Part shown: positions 31,869 to 54,812 of the stretch, piece by piece
Layout: each line of letters begins with the position of its first letter
Position numbering within the stretch: the first letter of the stretch is position 1
Source of the DNA: Macrostomum lignano
Lineage: Eukaryota
Assembly (NCBI GenBank): GCA_002269645.1
Contig: NIVC01003269.1
Coordinates: 1 to 64,000 of the forward strand
DNA length: 64,000 bases
Direction of reading: 5' to 3'
Position numbers and translations under genes: made by a program
Notes under the pieces: model-generated
Database searches by the model: none
Told to the model about the DNA's origin: nothing
What the model saw: the letters and a program-made list of their open reading frames with translations, nothing else

Positions 31869-32948
31869 TTATTACCTGTATTTCGTTAATAACATTGTTT
31901 CAATCGTTAGCTAATCGTCTTTTTGTTAATATGTCATCCTTTCTGTACGTTTTAATATGAAGTTTTCTCACTGTTAAATGTTAAAACTCTGATCAACCCG
32001 GAGCCCTTACTCTTCAAAGCGTGTTTCCCCGACCAACCCTTGCCCCTCAATGTACGCCTGTTTCCCCGACCAACCCCTGCCCCTCAGTGTACGCCTGTTT
32101 CCACAACCAACCCCTGCCCCTCCTCAATGTACGCCTGTTTCCCCGACCAACCCCTGCCCTCAATGTACGCCTGTTTCCCCGACCAACCCCTGCCCCTCCT
32201 CAATGTACGCCTGTTTCCCCGACCAACCCCTGCCCCTCCTCAATGTACGCCTGTTTCCCCGACCAACCCCTGCCCTCAATGTACGCCTGTTTCCCCAACC
32301 AACCCCTGGCCTCAATGTACGCCTGTTTCCCCAACCAACCCCTGGCCTCAATGTACGCCTGTTTCCCCAACCAACCCCTGCCCTCAATGTACGCCTGTTT
32401 CCCCAACCAACCCCTGCCCTCAATGTACGCCTGTTTCCCCAACCAACCCCTGGCCTCAATGTACGCCTGTTTCCCCAACCAACCCCTGGCCTCAATGTAC
32501 GCCTGTTTCCCCAACCAACCCCTGGCCTAAATGTACGCCTGTTTCCCCAACCAACCCCTGGCCTCAATGTACGCCTGTTTCCCCAACCAACCCCTGGCCT
32601 CAATGTACGCCTGTTTCCCCAACCAACCCCTGGCCTCAATGTACGCCTGTTTCCCCAACCAACCCCTGGCCTCAATGTACGCCTGTTTCCCCAACCAACC
32701 CCTGGCCTCAATGTACGCCTGTTTCCCCAACCAACCCCTGCCCTCAATGTACGCCTGTTTCCCCAACCAACCCCTGCCCTCAATGTACGCCTGTTTCCCC
32801 AACCAACCCCTGCCCTCAATGTGCCTCTCGTACGCGCTTTTCCCGGATCAACTTTTATCAGTTACACGCACGCTTTCCAGGGCCCCATACCCATCAATTC
32901 GCATCATGACCTAATTAATTTCTTACCTTTAGATTGTTTGTCCTAAAA
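31869..32948. repeat. Dispersed fourth copy of module B, without TATC flanks
   Basis: Same ends; longer 36-bp array; differs from the intronic copies by a SNP (tatttcg vs tacttcg) and a 2-bp indel. Confidence 0.93.
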
Positions 32949-33723
32949 CTTCTCGAAACTTGCTAGTATTTGCCTTATTACCTGCTCATTTTTGCTTTGC
33001 CCCCCCCCTTATTTCCCAAAGCAATAACATGACGCGCAGCTATCTTCCTTTGATTGCTTCTCTTCTAGAGGGAGAGAAGCATTTGCCTGTCTTTAAGCTG
33101 TTTTCTCTTCTTTGTTAGCAACTTCTGCATGGTAAAAAGGATACTTTGCTTGCTTTTTCGCTGTCATTTCTGCAGCAACTTTTTTCGCCCTTAAAAATTC
33201 CGATCTCCCTTTTCGCTTTTGCAATAAATGAATGCGGGGACCATAATGGCAAGCGCTTACACTCTAACCGTAGATTCGAACTTAGACAAGAGAAAAATAG
33301 CAAATCGCATATGTAAATTTGCGCTGTTGATAATTCGTTTCTTAAACTTGTTAGCGAACATTTTTGACAGTTTTTTTATTTTCAATTGTTTTAATTCGCG
33401 CGGCATATCACTAAAATGGTTACTCAGTTTCACTTTCCCTGGCAAATAAATTTGTTGACATTGTTTGCGTTATCTTCATCCTTGCTCTCGTAGGCAAATC
33501 AGAGAGTGCAGGCCTCTGCTTGATTGCCTGCGCAATATGCAAATCATTTTTGCTGATTTCTGGTTGGCGTCTTGTATTGACTTTTATGTAATATACCAAT
33601 ATTGATGGGCTGCAGAGGCATGGATGAATGATATTATTATTCAGGCGTGTTAGCTCGTTTCGGCTTGATGCAGCCCATCCATATTAGTGTTACAGTTAGC
33701 GGGCGAGAAACCGCGTCTCACGG

Positions 33724-36615
33724 CCCGCTGAGACTGTCTATGGTAAAATCCCATTTACTCCAATGCATTCAGTCGGTTTCAGGGCCCGCTGAGACTGTCT
33801 ATGGTAAAATCCCATTTACTCCAATGCATTCAGTCGGTTTCACGGTCCGCTGAGACTGTCTATGGTAAAATCCCATTTACTCCAATGCATTCAGTCGGTT
33901 TCAGTGCCCGCTGAGACTGTCTATGGTAAAATCCCATTTACTCCAATGCATTCAGTCGGTTTCACGGTCCGCTGAGACTGTCTATGGTAAAATCCCATTT
34001 ACTCCAATGCATTCAGTCGGTTTCAGTGCCCGCTGAGACTGTCTATGGTAAAATCCCATTTACTCCAATGCATTCAGTCGGTTTCACGGTCCGCTGAGAC
34101 TGTCTATGGTAAAATCCCATTTACTCCAATGCATTCAGTCGGTTTCAGGGCCCGCTGAGACTGTCTATGGTAAAATCCCATTTACTCCAATGCATTCAGT
34201 CGGTTTCAGGGCCCGCTGAGACTGTCTATGGTAAAATCCCATTTACTACTCCAATGCATTCAGTCGGTTTCAGGGCCCGCTGAGACTGTCTATGGTAAAA
34301 TCCCATTTACTCCAATGCATTCAGTCGGTTTCACGGTCCGCTGAGACTGTCTATGGTAAAATCCCATTTACTCCAAAGCATTCAGTCGGTTTCACGGTCC
34401 GCTGAGACTGTCTATGGTAAAATCCCATTTACTCCAATGCATTCAGTCGGTTTCAGTGCCCGCTGAGACTGTCTATGGTAAAATCCCATTTACTCCAATG
34501 CATTCAGTCGGTTTCAGTGCCCGCTGAGACTGTCTATGGTAAAATCCCATTTACTCCAATGCATTCAGTCGGTTTCACGGTCCGCTGAGACTGTCTATGG
34601 TAAAATCCCATTTACTCCAATGCATTCAGTCGGTTTCAGTGCCCGCTGAGACTGTCTATGGTAAAATCCCATTTACTCCAATGCATTCAGTCGGTTTCAG
34701 GGCCCGCTGAGACTGTCTATGGTAAAATCCCATTTACTCCAATGCATTCAGTCGGTTTCACGGTCCGCTGAGACTGTCTATGGTAAAATCCCATTTACTC
34801 CAATGCATTCAGTCGGTTTCAGTGCCCGCTGAGACTGTCTATGGTAAAATCCCATTTACTCCAATGCATTCAGTCGGTTTCACGGTCCGCTGAGACTGTC
34901 TATGGTAAAATCCCATTTACTCCAATGCATTCAGTCGGTTTCAGTGCCCGGTGAGACTGTCTATGGTAAAATCCCATTTACTCCAATGCATTCAGTCGGT
35001 TTCACGGTCCGCTGAGACTGTCTATGGTAAAATCCCATTTACTCCAATGCATTCAGTCGGTTTCAGGGCCCGCTGAGACTGTCTATGGTAAAATCCCATT
35101 TACTCCAATGCATTCAGTCGGTTTCAGGGCCCGCTGAGACTGTCTATGGTAAAATCCCATTTACTACTCCAATGCATTCAGTCGGTTTCAGGGCCCGCTG
35201 AGACTGTCTATGGTAAAATCCCATTTACTCCAATGCATTCAGTCGGTTTCACGGTCCGCTGAGACTGTCTATGGTAAAATCCCATTTACTCCAATGCATT
35301 CAGTCGGTTTCAGTGCCCGCTGAGACTGTCTATGGTAAAATCCCATTTACTCCAATGCATTCAGTCGGTTTCAGTGCCCGCTGAGACTGTCTATGGTAAA
35401 ATCCCATTTACTCCAATGCATTCAGTCGGTTTCACGGTCCGCTGAGACTGTCTATGGTAAAATCCCATTTACTCCAAAGCATTCAGTCGGTTTCACGGTC
35501 CGCTGAGACTGTCTATGGTAAAATCCCATTTACTCCAATGCATTCAGTCGGTTTCAGTGCCCGCTGAGACTGTCTATGGTAAAATCCCATTTACTCCATT
35601 GCATTCAGTCGGTTTCACGGTCCGCTGAGACTGTCTATGGTAAAATCCCATTTACTCCAATGCATTCAGTCAGTTTCAGGGCCCGCTGAAAATGTCTATG
35701 GTAAAATCCCATTTACTCCAATGCATTCAGTCGGTTTCAGTGCCCGGTGAGACTGTCTATGGTAAAATCCCATTTACTCCAATGCATTCAGTCGGTTTCA
35801 CGGTCCGCTGAGACTGTCTATGGTAAAATCCCATTTACTCCAATGCATTCAGTCGGTTTCAGGGCCCGCTGAGACTGTCTATGGTAAAATCCCATTTACT
35901 CCAATGCATTCAGTCGGTTTCAGGGCCCGCTGAGACTGTCTATGGTAAAATCCCATTTACTCCAATGCATTCAGTCGGTTTCAGGGCCCGCTGAGACTGT
36001 CTATGGTAAAATCCCATTTACTCCAATGCATTCAGTCGTTTTCACGGTCCGCTGAGACTGTCTATGGTAAAATCCCATTTACTCCAATGCATTCAGTCGG
36101 TTTCAGTGCCCGCTGAGACTGTCTATGGTAAAATCCCATTTACTCCAATGCATTCAGTCGGTTTCAGTGCCCGCTGAGACTGTCTATGGTAAAATCCCAT
36201 TTACTCCAATGCATTCAGTCGGTTTCACGGTCCGCTGAGACTGTCTATGGTAAAATCCCATTTACTCCAAAGCATTCAGTCGGTTTCACGGTCCGCTGAG
36301 ACTGTCTATGGTAAAATCCCATTTACTCCAAAGCATTCAGTCGGTTTCACGGTCCGCTGAGACTGTCTATGGTAAAATCCCATTTACTCCAATGCATTCA
36401 GTCGGTTTCAGTGCCCGCTGAGACTGTCTATGGTAAAATCCCATTTACTCCATTGCATTCAGTCGGTTTCACGGTCCGCTGAGACTGTCTATGGTAAAAT
36501 CCCATTTACTCCAATGCATTCAGTCAGTTTCAGGGCCCGCTGAAAATGTCTATGGTAAAATCCCATTTACTCCAATGCATTCAGTCGGTTTCAGGGCCCG
36601 CTGAAAATGTCTATG
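33724..36615. repeat. 61-bp satellite, ~47 copies
   Basis: Unit ccgctgagactgtctatggtaaaatcccatttactccaatgcattcagtcggtttcagggc. Confidence 0.97.
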
Positions 36616-36882
36616 GCAAAGTCAGAAGACAGCGATGTCAAGGGAGCGCTGAACTCTAGAGAAAGAAAGAAAGAAAGAATGAAATCTAAGAAACTATCTA
36701 TGGCCAAAACTCCTTATTTTGTGAATTAAAAATAGCAACTGTTAATAAGCATTTTGCTGAGACAATTGCAGCGGGCGGGCTGCCCGCCCTGCGTTTCATC
36801 CCGTTTCAACACGCTTAGGCTAACTATAATGAGGTAACTCATACGCTATGAAAGCTTGAAGCTCGTGTGTGTGTGTGTGTGT

Positions 36883-36896
36883 GTTGTCATGGAGAC
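36883..36896. promoter_or_regulatory. X-box (RFX) consensus match with two adjacent partial copies
   Basis: gttgtcatggagac (reverse complement gtctccatgacaac) fits GTHNYYATRRNAAC; gttgcc half-sites at 36900 and 36920. Confidence 0.35.
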
Positions 36897-37849
36897 AGAG
36901 TTGCCATATCATGGAGACAGTTGCCATGGGCATAAAATAAGCATTTGAAAGTCATCGTAAGTCGTAACGAAAAAAATTTTAAAATGGTTTGCAATCAATA
37001 AGCAGTATTATAGTATTAGTGCTTAACTGTATTTGTTAACACCGCGACTGTGTCGGTCCATCAAACAGGAGCTGAAGTATCGCATGTGACTACAATGTAC
37101 ACCGTGAGTACATAAGAGGGATTATATAAGCATTTAGAATGTTAACATCAACGATAAATATTTTGTGCTATCAAAAACACTGATGTTTTCACATTTTGTG
37201 CGGAGATGCCAACTTTGGGGAGAAAGCGTCGCATTTACAAATAAAATTTACACTACTTACTACATAGTAGGAGGTTCAGCTTAACTACAGAATTTTTTTT
37301 CTTAACCTCGGCCCGTGAACTTGTGGATATTTTGGTACAAATTATGTATTGTAGCCCTGCACTAGCTGTATTACTCACCAAGTAGCAATATGAACACATT
37401 GAAGTTGAATTTGCAGAGGGGATTCGAAATGTTAGGTAGGGTCTCTCTTGCCAGTTGACACAACAAGAATTTACTATAGATTTTTGGTTCATTAAAGTCA
37501 GAAACAGAACAAAACGGTGATTATGCAGAGTTTCACAATAACTCCAATTGAGGTGTGACGGTCACATTGGTAAGCAAATTGGGGTGCAGCTCAGGATTTG
37601 TTCAGAAAGATGCAATTTCTAATTGGGAGGGGGGGTCTTCGGCTCGATCAGGCCTGCACTGGCTCGTGCAGGCGAATTCGAATTTTCAATCCGCGCTATG
37701 CTGCTCGGTCCAGATTATTCAAGTCTGATACTGCAGTACGTGGCTGCCGAGGCCGGGGTGACCCTGTTGCAGAGCAGTCAGTGAAGACTTGTACCAGTCC
37801 GCTGTGTCATGCGGCTCCTGTGGGTTGCAGGTGAATATCTTCATAATCC

Positions 37850-40790
37850 CTGCTCTGATACTCACTTTGCCCCCTCTGATACTCATTTTGACGCCTCTGA
37901 TACTCATTTTGACGCCTCTGATACTCATTTTGCCGCCTCTGATACTCATTTTGCCGCCTCTGATACTCAATTTTCCGCCTCTGATACTCAAATTTCCGCC
38001 TCTGATACTCAATTTTCCGCCTCTGATACTCAATTTTCCGCCTCTGATACTCAATTTTCCGCCTCTGATACTCATTTTTACGCCTCTGATACTCATTTTG
38101 CCCCTCTGATACTCATTTTGACGCCTCTGATACTCATTTTGCCCCTCTGATACTCATTTTGCCGCCTCTGATACTCATTTTGGTGACTCTGATACTCATT
38201 TTGCCCCTCTGATACTCATTTTGACGCCTCTGATACTCAATTTTCCGCCTCTGATACTCATTTTGACGCCTCTGATACTCATTTTGCCCCTCTGATACTC
38301 ATTTTGACGCCTCTGATACTCATTTTGCCCCTCTGATACTCATTTTGCCGCCTCTGATACTCATTTTGGTGACTCTGATACTCATTTTGCCCCTCTGATA
38401 CTCATTTTGACGCCTCTGATACTCAATTTTGCCCCTCTGATACTCATTTTGCCGCCTCTGATACTCATTTTGGTGACTCTGATACTCATTTTGCCCCTCT
38501 GATACTCATTTTGCCGCCTCTGATACTCAATTTGCCGCCTCTGATACTCATTTTGCCGCCTCTGATACTCATTTTGCCGCCTCTGATACTCATTTTGACG
38601 CCTCTGATACTCAATTTTGCCCCTCTGATACTCATTTTGCCGCCTCTGATACTCATTTTGCCGCCTCTGATACTCATTTTGACGCCTCTGATACTCAATT
38701 TTGCCCCTCTGATACTCAATTTGCCGCCTCTGATACTCATTTTGCCGCCTCTGATACTCATTTTGCCGCCTCTGATACTCATTTTGACGCCTCTGATACT
38801 CAATTTTGCCCCTCTGATACTCATTTTGCCGCCTCTGATACTCATTTTGGTGACTCTGATACTCATTTTGCCCCTCTGATACTCAATTTTCCGCCTCTGA
38901 TACTCAATTTTCCGCCTCTGATACTCAATTTTGACGCCTCTGATACTCATTTTTACGCCTCTGATACTCATTTTGCCCCTCTGATACTCATTTTGACGCC
39001 TCTGATACTCAATTTTGCCCCTCTGATACTCATTTTGCCGCCTCTGATACTCATTTTGGTGACTCTGATACTCATTTTGCCCCTCTGATACTCATTTTGC
39101 CGCCTCTGATACTCAATTTGCCGCCTCTGATACTCATTTTGCCGCCTCTGATACTCATTTTGCCGCCTCTGATACTCATTTTGACGCCTCTGATACTCAA
39201 TTTTGCCCCTCTGATACTCATTTTGCCGCCTCTGATACTCATTTTGGTGACTCTGGTACTCATTTTGCCCCTCTGATACTCAATTTTCCGCCTCTGATAC
39301 TCAATTTGCCGCCTCTGATACTCATTTTTACGCCTCTGATACTCATTTTGCCCCTCTGATACTCATTTTGCCGCCTCTGATACTCATTTTGACGCCTCTG
39401 ATACTCATTTTTACGCCTCTGATACTCATTTTGCCGCCTCTGATACTCAATTTTCCGTCTCTGATACTCATTTTGCCGCCTCTGATACTCATTTTGACGC
39501 CTCTGATACTCAATTTTCCGCCTCTGATACTCATTTTGACGCCTCTGATACTCATTTTGACGCCTCTGATACTCAATTTTGCCCCTCTGATACTCATTTT
39601 GCCGCCTCTGATACTCAATTTGCCGCCTCTGATACTCATTTTTACGCCTCTGATACTCATTTTGCCCCTCTGATACTCACTTTGGTGACTCTGATACTCA
39701 TTTTGCCGCCTCTGATACTCATTTTGGTGACTCTGATACTCATTTTGCCCCTCTGATACTCACTTTGCCGCCTCTGATACTCATTTTGACGCCTCTGATA
39801 CTCATTTTGACGCCTCTGATACTCATTTTGCCCCTCTGATACTCATTTTGCCGCCTCTGATACTCACTTTGCCGCCTCTGATACTCATTTTGACGCCTCT
39901 GATACTCATTTTGACGCCTCTGATACTCATTTTGCCCCTCTGATACTCATTTTGCCCCTCTGATACTCATTTTGACGCCTCTGATACTCATTTTGACGCC
40001 TCTGATACTCATTTTGACGCCTCTGATACTCATTTTGCCCTATCTGATACTCATTTTGCCGCCTCTGATACTCATTTTGCCCCTCTGATACTCATTTTGC
40101 CGCCTCTGATACTCATTTTTACGCCTCTGATACTCATTTTGGTGACTCTGATACTCATTTTGGTGACTCTGATACTCATTTTGGTGACTCTGATACTCAT
40201 TTTGGTGACTCTGATACTCATTTTGGTGACTCTGATACTCATTTTTCCGCCTCTGATACTCATTTTTACGCCTCTGATACTCATTTTGGTGACTCTGATA
40301 CTCATTTTGGTGACTCTGATACTCATTTTGGTGACTCTGATACTCATTTTGGTGACTCTGATACTCATTTTGCCCCTCTGATACTCACTTTGCCCCTCTG
40401 ATACTCATTTTGCCCCTCTGATACTCACTTTGCCCCTCTGATACTCACTTTGCCCCTCTGATACTCACTTTGCCCCTCTGATACTCACTTTGCCGCCTCT
40501 GATACTCACTTTGCCGCCTCTGATACTCATTTTTACGCCTCTGATACTCATTTTGGTGACTCTGATACTCATTTTGGTGACTCTGATACTCATTTTGCCG
40601 CCTCTGATACTCATTTTTACGCCTCTGATACTCATTTTGGTGACTCTGATACTCATTTTGGTGACTCTGATACTCATTTTGGTGACTCTGATACTCATTT
40701 TGGTGACTCTGATACTCATTTTGGTGACTCTGATACTCATTTTGGTGACTCTGATACTCATTTTGGTGACTCTGATACTCATTTTGGTGA
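37850..40790. repeat. 20-21-bp minisatellite, ~140 copies
   Basis: Unit ctctgatactcattttgccgc with a variable final 5-6 nt. Confidence 0.97.
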
Positions 40791-41594
40791 TTTCAGTACC
40801 CAACACATTAATTGAAGGGACCTAAGTTCTGATCGGACTTTTGTTTAGGGGGTTGGGGGCACGCGCCCCTGGTGCCGCAAGCCTCAGTGCTATATATGCT
40901 AACAGCAACACAGTCCGGTTTAATTAGTTGTAACCCCCCCTCACCTTCGCTTAGATTCCACTGTCAATCGCGATTGACCGGCTCAACACTTGATTAGTGA
41001 AGGCGGTCTTGAGATATCGGGGGAGAGCTCTACTCCACCACTCTCCTTTCACTCGCGCACTCTGTCTAATCTGAGAGCTAAGAGGCGATCAATAGCACAC
41101 GCGCAGGGGGCTTCTGTGCGGGGCTCCTCGTTCAGAATCTGCAGCAGTGACAGCCGAGCCGCCACTTTTCTTCTTCTTCTTCTTCTTCTATCTCTGGACT
41201 ACGAGTATATAGCGGGCCTCGGGGAAAAGGGAGCTGCAAGATCTGGGATCTGGGATGTGTGGGTGGGGGGGGGGCGTGCCGCAGCAGGGGATAATTAGTC
41301 GCCTCTTGTGACTTCTGTTCCGAGTTTTGCCTCGAGCCTGGCAGGGGGGATGCGTGGGGTGTTGGTGGTCCGAGTATAAAGTGTGAGGCCGAGAGGCGAG
41401 AGAAGCGAGACTGGAACGGCAGCGGGGAGGCTGGAGATGATGCTCAGAATTCCCGCAGCCCACTCGATTGTCCAAGCGTAATTATTGGTGGGGCCTGGCT
41501 GGAGGTAAGCCGATCCGCTCGTCCCGACCCGCCAGCCCCCCCCCCCGCAGCCCTTCAGCTCTTCAAGCGCCGCGGAGTTGGCGGTGGCAGCCTT

Positions 41595-50741
<9,147 letters not shown>

Positions 50742-51364
50742 GCTGTGTAGTGGCTTGCTAAGTGAATTAGAGTCCGCGCCTCTCTCTCTTTCTCCTCGTC
50801 TCTCCTCGCCTTTCCTCGCCTTGCTGCAATTCGAACGGGGCATTAAGTCAATTATGCCGCCAGCTCGGCCGCCACCCCGGCTCTGGGGAGGGGCGGGTAG
50901 GTTGGGCGGCCCCCTCCCCCCCGCCCTGGTTTCGCCGGCTTCGCTCGCGGCCAACCCGAGCGGCCGGGCGCTGCGCCGCCGCTCCCCCAGTGGGGCAGCC
51001 TGCCGCACCCAATCAGCCTGACTGGCAATGACGAATGCGAGCTGCCGCGCCTCTTGCTTTCGGCGCATTCGGACTCAAACACGCTGCACACAGACGCGAA
51101 AGCTCTGCCATCAAAGGAGCTTGAGTTGACGCAAAGAGAGGGCTGCGTCAGTGTCAGTGGTGAATGTCCTGGGTCAGTCAAAGGCTGTTTTTGGTACTTT
51201 ATATTATACTACTGATATAATCTTATACCAATGCTTCAAGCAAACATTGGATAAATATATGTTTATTTTGACGTCTTTTCTCAAGTATTTGCCAAGCAAG
51301 CGAGGTTCAGGTGCAAGGTTTAGGCGAGTTAGGGGTCAGCTTGCTCAGGGGCGAGTTTAAGAAG

Positions 51365-51940
51365 TAAGGTTCAGGAGTGAGGTTCAGGATTGAGGTTCAG
51401 GAGTGAGGTTCAGGATTGAGGTTCAGGATTGAGGTTCAGGAGTGAGGTTCAGGAGTGAGGTTCAGGAGTGAGGTTCAGGAGTGAGGTTCAGGATTGAGAG
51501 TTCAGGATTGAGGTTCAGGATTGAGGTTCAGGATTGAGGCTCAGGATTGAGGTTCAGGATTGAGGTTCAGGATTGAGGTTCACGATTGAGGCTCAGGATT
51601 GAGAGTTCAGGAGTGAGGTTCAGGAGTGAGAGTTCAGGATTGAGAGTTCAGGATTGAGGCTCAGGATTGAGGTTCAGGATTGAGGTTCATGATTGAGGCT
51701 CGGGATTGAGGCTTAGGATTGAGGTTCAGGATTGAGGTTCATGATTGAGGCTTAGGATTGAGGTTCAGGATTGAGGTTCATGATTGAGGCTCAGGATTGA
51801 GGCTCAGGATTGAGGCTCAGGATTGAGGCTCAGGATTAAGGCTCGGGATTGAGGCTTAGGATTGAGGCTCAGGATTGAGGCTCAGGATTGAGGCTCGGGA
51901 TTGAGGCTCGGGATTGAGTTTTAGAAGTGAGGTTCAGGGG
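51365..51940. repeat. 13-bp minisatellite
   Basis: Unit ggattgaggttca / ggagtgaggttca / ggattgaggctca. Confidence 0.95.
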
Positions 51941-52944
51941 TGAGGCAGATTACTCAGTGGCTGGGATTTTGCTCAATCTAGCTTGAAGGCTTCTTTCTGT
52001 CTGCGGTTCAAAAGCGAAGCTCTTTTGAATTGTGATCCAACTTTGTGTGCCTGTGAAGTAACTGGACACAGTAGTAAATTCAGTATGATTAAAATTTACT
52101 ATCTATTATTAAATAGAATATTAAACCGTTTACAACCACAGACGTGTCAAACCAATCATTAGCTTTTTCTTTGCATTTGCAATCAACATTGTGTTCAATA
52201 ATTTTGTGGAGGTAACGTTTACCGCAATACTATTATATATAGTTCTAAATTACCCCTGTAAAAACTTGAATTGTTATACCCCCCTAAGGCCATTATGGAC
52301 CCTTATCAAGGCTAATAATGCCACAAATGCGAGACCATGCACGGCGGGGTGCATGGGATACGTGGGGATCTGCAATCCGCCACCAGTTGGACCAGAATTC
52401 CAATGCTCCCATTGTCCATCGCGCCAACTAATGACTTTTTAGGCCACGCCTTCCCAATCCCCCTCCTTAAGCGCCCCGAGGCTGGAAAAGTGACGAGTTT
52501 TTCGCACCTTTTTTAAGCGAAGCCACGTACGCAGCAGTCTATTGTGTAGGCTAGGGTGAGAACACGCCTGGATAGATTATAGCTATAGAATAACCTTATT
52601 TGTTCTTTACGGAGCGATCTGTATAGGTTATTTATGGCAGTGTTCGAGCGAATAACGAATAAACTCCTTTATTGCTCTTGAGTAGACAAGGTCTAGGGTC
52701 CGAAGCTACTTTAAGTAGCCACTCCGAAATGCTTGGGCACAGGAAGTTCAAGTATTTCAATTTCAATGTTTAGTCAACAGGAAGAACGATAACTAGTGAT
52801 TTTCAAAGAAAGAAAAGTCGATTTTATTTACAACTTCATAAAATCAAGTAGCAATTTTTTAAAAAGCAATATTACTTATAAAGAAAAAACTAAGTTGACG
52901 AAAAATAGTGGCAAAAATATTGAGATTCTTTTAGCCAAAGCAGC

Positions 52945-54215
52945 GCATGACTTAAGTGCCCATGACTTAAGCGCCTATGACTTAAGCGCCCATGACTTAA
53001 GTGCCCATGACTTAAGTGCCCATGACGTAAGCGCCCATGACTTAAGTGCCCATGACTTAAGTGCCCATGACTTAAGCGCCCATGACTTAAGTGCCCATGA
53101 CGTAAGCGTGTATGACTTAAGTGCCCATGACTTAAGCGCCCATGACTTAAGCGCCCATGACTTAAGCGTATATGACTTAAGCGTATATGACTTAAGCGCC
53201 CATGACTTAAGCGCCCATGACTTAAGCGCCCATGACTTAAGCGCCCATGGCTTAAGCGCCCATGACTTAAGCGTATATGACTTAAGCGCCCATGGCTTAA
53301 GCGCCCATGACTTAAGCGCCCATGACTTAAGCGCCCATGGCTTAAGCGCCCATGACTTAAGCGTATATGACTTAAGCGCCCATGACTTAAGCGTATATGA
53401 CTTAAGCGCCCATGACTTAAGCGCCCATGACTTAAGTGCCCATGACTTAAGCGCCCATGACTTAAGCGCCCATGGCTTAAGCGCCCATGACTGAAGCGCC
53501 CATGACTTAAGCGCCCATGACTTAAGCGTATATGACTTAAGCGCCCATGACTTAAGCGCCCATGACTCAAGCGCCCATGACTTAAGCGTATATGACTTAA
53601 GCGCCCATGACTTAAAGCGCCCATGACTTAAGCGCCCATGACTTAAGCGCCCATGACTTAAGCGCCCATGACTTAAGTGCCCATGACTTAAGCGCCCATG
53701 ACTTAAGCGCCCATGACTTAAGCGCCCATGACTTAAGTGCCCATGACTTAAGTGCCCATGACTTAAGTGCCCATGACTTAAGTGCCCATGACTTAAGCGC
53801 CCATGACTTAAGCGCCCATGACTTAAGCGCCCATGACTTAAGTGCCCATGACTTAAGTGCCCATGGCTTAAGCGCCCATGACTCAAGCGCCCATGACTTA
53901 AGTGCCCATGACTTAAGCGCCCATGACTTAAGTGCCCATGACTTAAGTGCCCATGACTTAAGTGCCCATGACTTAAGCGCCCATGGCTTAAGTGCCCATG
54001 ACTTAAGCGCCCATGACTTAAGTGCCCATGACTTAAGCGCCCATGACTTAAGTGCCCATGACTTAAGCGCCCATGACTTAAGTGCCCATGACTTAAGTGC
54101 CCATGGCTTAAGCGCCCATGACTCAAGCGCCCATGACTTAAGCGCCCATGACTTAAGCGCCCATGATCCTTAAGCGCCTATGATTTAAGCGCCCATGACT
54201 TAAGCGCCCATGATT
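52945..54215. repeat. 15-bp minisatellite, ~85 copies
   Basis: Unit catgacttaagcgcc. Confidence 0.97.
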
Positions 54216-54361
54216 TAACGAGCTCTAACCAATCTGCATGACAAAGTCTGTGGTGTATTGTGCATATTATAGAGTACAATAGCCAGTTCCTAAATCGGAT
54301 TTTGTTTAACTGATGATTTTCACGAAATGAATAATACGAAGTTTTAATTGAGTTTGAACGA

Positions 54362-54812
54362 GATTAACCCAGAAGTTTTATCAGTAAAATCTGCGCTTAA
54401 CCCAGAAGTTTTATCAGTAAAATCTGCGCTTAACCCAGAAGTTTTATCAGTAAAATCTGCGCTTAACCCAGAAGTTTTATCAGTAAAATCTGCGCTTAAC
54501 CCAGAAGTTTTATCAGTAAAATCTGCGCTTAACCCAGAAGTTTTATCAGTAAAATCTGCGCTTAACCCAGAAGTTTTATCAGTAAAATCTGCGCTTAACC
54601 CAGAAGTTTTATCAGTAAAATCTGCGCTTAACCCAGAAGTTTTATCAGTAAAATCTGCGCTTAACCCAGAAGTTTAATCAGTAAAATCTGCGCTTAACCC
54701 AGAAGTTTTATCAGTAAAATCTGCGCTTAACCCAGAAGTTTAATCAGTAAAATCTGCGCTTAACCCAGAAGTTTAATCAGTAAAATCTGCGCTTAACTCA
54801 GAAGTTTTATCA
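54362..54812. repeat. 33-bp minisatellite, ~13.5 copies
   Basis: Unit ttaacccagaagttttatcagtaaaatctgcgc. Confidence 0.97.

Noticed and set aside
33724-36615. Regular array that could be mistaken for CRISPR
   Set aside because: No unique spacers, eukaryotic context and no cas genes; the same applies to all other arrays.
37719-40825. SIRGGKM / PPLILIL ORFs
   Set aside because: Translations of the 21-bp minisatellite.
52796-54677. AHDLS / SHGRL / NPEVLSVKSAL ORFs
   Set aside because: Translations of the 15-bp and 33-bp repeats.
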